Origin: Squalus acanthias | Lineage: Eukaryota | Length of the DNA stretch: 64,000 nucleotides | Assembly: GCA_030390025.1 (NCBI GenBank) | Contig: CM059432.1 | Span: forward strand, 145,578,001 to 145,642,000 | Direction of reading: 5' to 3' | In this document: positions 62,798-64,000 of the stretch, in pieces | Position numbering within the stretch: the stretch's first letter is position 1 | How the letters are laid out: every line of letters starts with the position of its first letter | Made by a program: the position numbers and the translations under genes | Notes under the pieces: model-generated | What the model was told of the DNA's origin: nothing | Seen by the model: the letters and a program-made list of their open reading frames with translations, nothing else | The model's database searches: none

Positions 62798-64000
62798 AGT
62801 ACTGCATTCAGTTCTGGACACCGCACCTCAGGAAGGATATATTGGTCTCGGAGGGGGTGCAGCGCAGATTCAGCAGAATGATACCGGGGCTAAAAAGGTT
62901 AAATTATGAGGACAGGTTGCATAGACTAGACTTGTATTCCCTTGAATATAGAAGATTAAGAGGTGATCTAATTGAGGTGTTTAAGATGATTAAAGGATTT
63001 TATAGGGTAGATAGAGAGAAACTATTTCCACTGGTGGAGGAGTCCAGAACAAGGGGGGGCGAAATTCCCTTTGTTTGGACCTCCGGTGGGAGGCGCAAAT
63101 GGCTTTGCGCCCCCCCAAGAGGCGATAACCGCGCCTTCCGTGAAATTCCGTGGGAGGTTAGCGGCGGCGCTACCGGGTAGCACCCCGATCTTCTGCGCCC
63201 GGAGATCATGACGTCATCTCCGGGCGCAGCACCCCATAGCGCCTCGAGAGAAAAATTCGCACTCGCTCCTCGCAGCATCGCTGGGCGATGTTACCGACTG
63301 CTGCGGGGTCGCGAACAGTGAGACCGGCCGCTCGCGGGGCGCCATTTAAAGGCGCGGTGGCCGGCCGACATGAAAGAAATCGCCAATTTTTTAAAAAAGA
63401 AACCATTTCCGAGCACCGGGCTGAGTGCCGCGATCGGTCAGCCCGGCACCCAGCTCGAGTGCTCCAGCAGATGCCAAAAACAAAATGCAGAGCTGGCAAC
63501 GGGGATCCCTTCCCTTTAATTGAGGGAAGAGCACCTGCAACGCGGCAGCACCACGCGTGGCCACGAGTGGCGCTGCTGAGCACATCACCCCGGATCGGGA
63601 CATTCCCCGCCTCTCGCGCTCCAAGAGGCAAGTGAAGTGCTTGATTTAGCGCTCCACTTCCCTCTTGGAGCAAAAAATGTGAATTTCTCAAATGTTTGAA
63701 AAGGTTAGCGCCTGGCGCTAGCTTTTCAAACATTTTTGACTGAGCGCCCCAAATGGCCCTCTGGGGGAATTTCGCCCCCAAGGAGACAAAACCTTAAAAT
63801 CAGGGGTGATGTGAGGAAGCAAATCTTCACACAAAGGGTCGTGGAAATCTGGATCTCTTCTCCACGCCACCCCCCACCCCCGCCCCCCCCTCCCTCCCCC
63901 CCAATCACCAAATAAAAGCTGTTGAGGCTAGGGGTCAATTGAAAATGTCAAAACTGAGATTAATAGATTTTTGTTAGGCAAAGGTATTAAGGGATATGGA
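62798..64000 (+). repeat. Near-identical duplicate of 48905-50107 (CR1 plus MITE 63054-63779), running off the window end
   Basis: Offset of 13,893 bp at both ends, only scattered substitutions and small indels, and the same MITE at the same AAG site. Confidence 0.95.

Overview
Eukaryotic, repeat-dense genomic DNA from a cartilaginous fish (shark/ray), inferred from an HE1-type SINE and HER1/CR1 LINEs. About two-thirds is transposon-derived: many CR1 copies, L2, one RTE/BovB-like LINE, a Penelope-like (GIY-YIG) relic, Tigger-like MITEs, and a rich PIF/Harbinger community. That community includes one apparently intact two-gene autonomous element (6796-11245; DDE transposase plus a convergent three-exon Myb/SANT gene), an inactivated sister copy (57128-61367), decayed Myb- and transposase-bearing derivatives, and several TIR/3-bp-TSD MITEs. 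Host genes: an intact GPR141-like GPCR on the minus strand (32438-33322), and, largely missed by the ORF track, the 3' exons of a divergent VPS8 homologue on the plus strand (11684-21607) that looks like a decaying paralogue. Notable structure: two related MITEs inserted at the identical nucleotide of two different CR1 copies, and a duplication at a 13,893-bp offset whose junction is an 8-bp microhomology between two CR1s. Comparisons with human proteins are from memory and need database confirmation. LINE boundaries are approximate.
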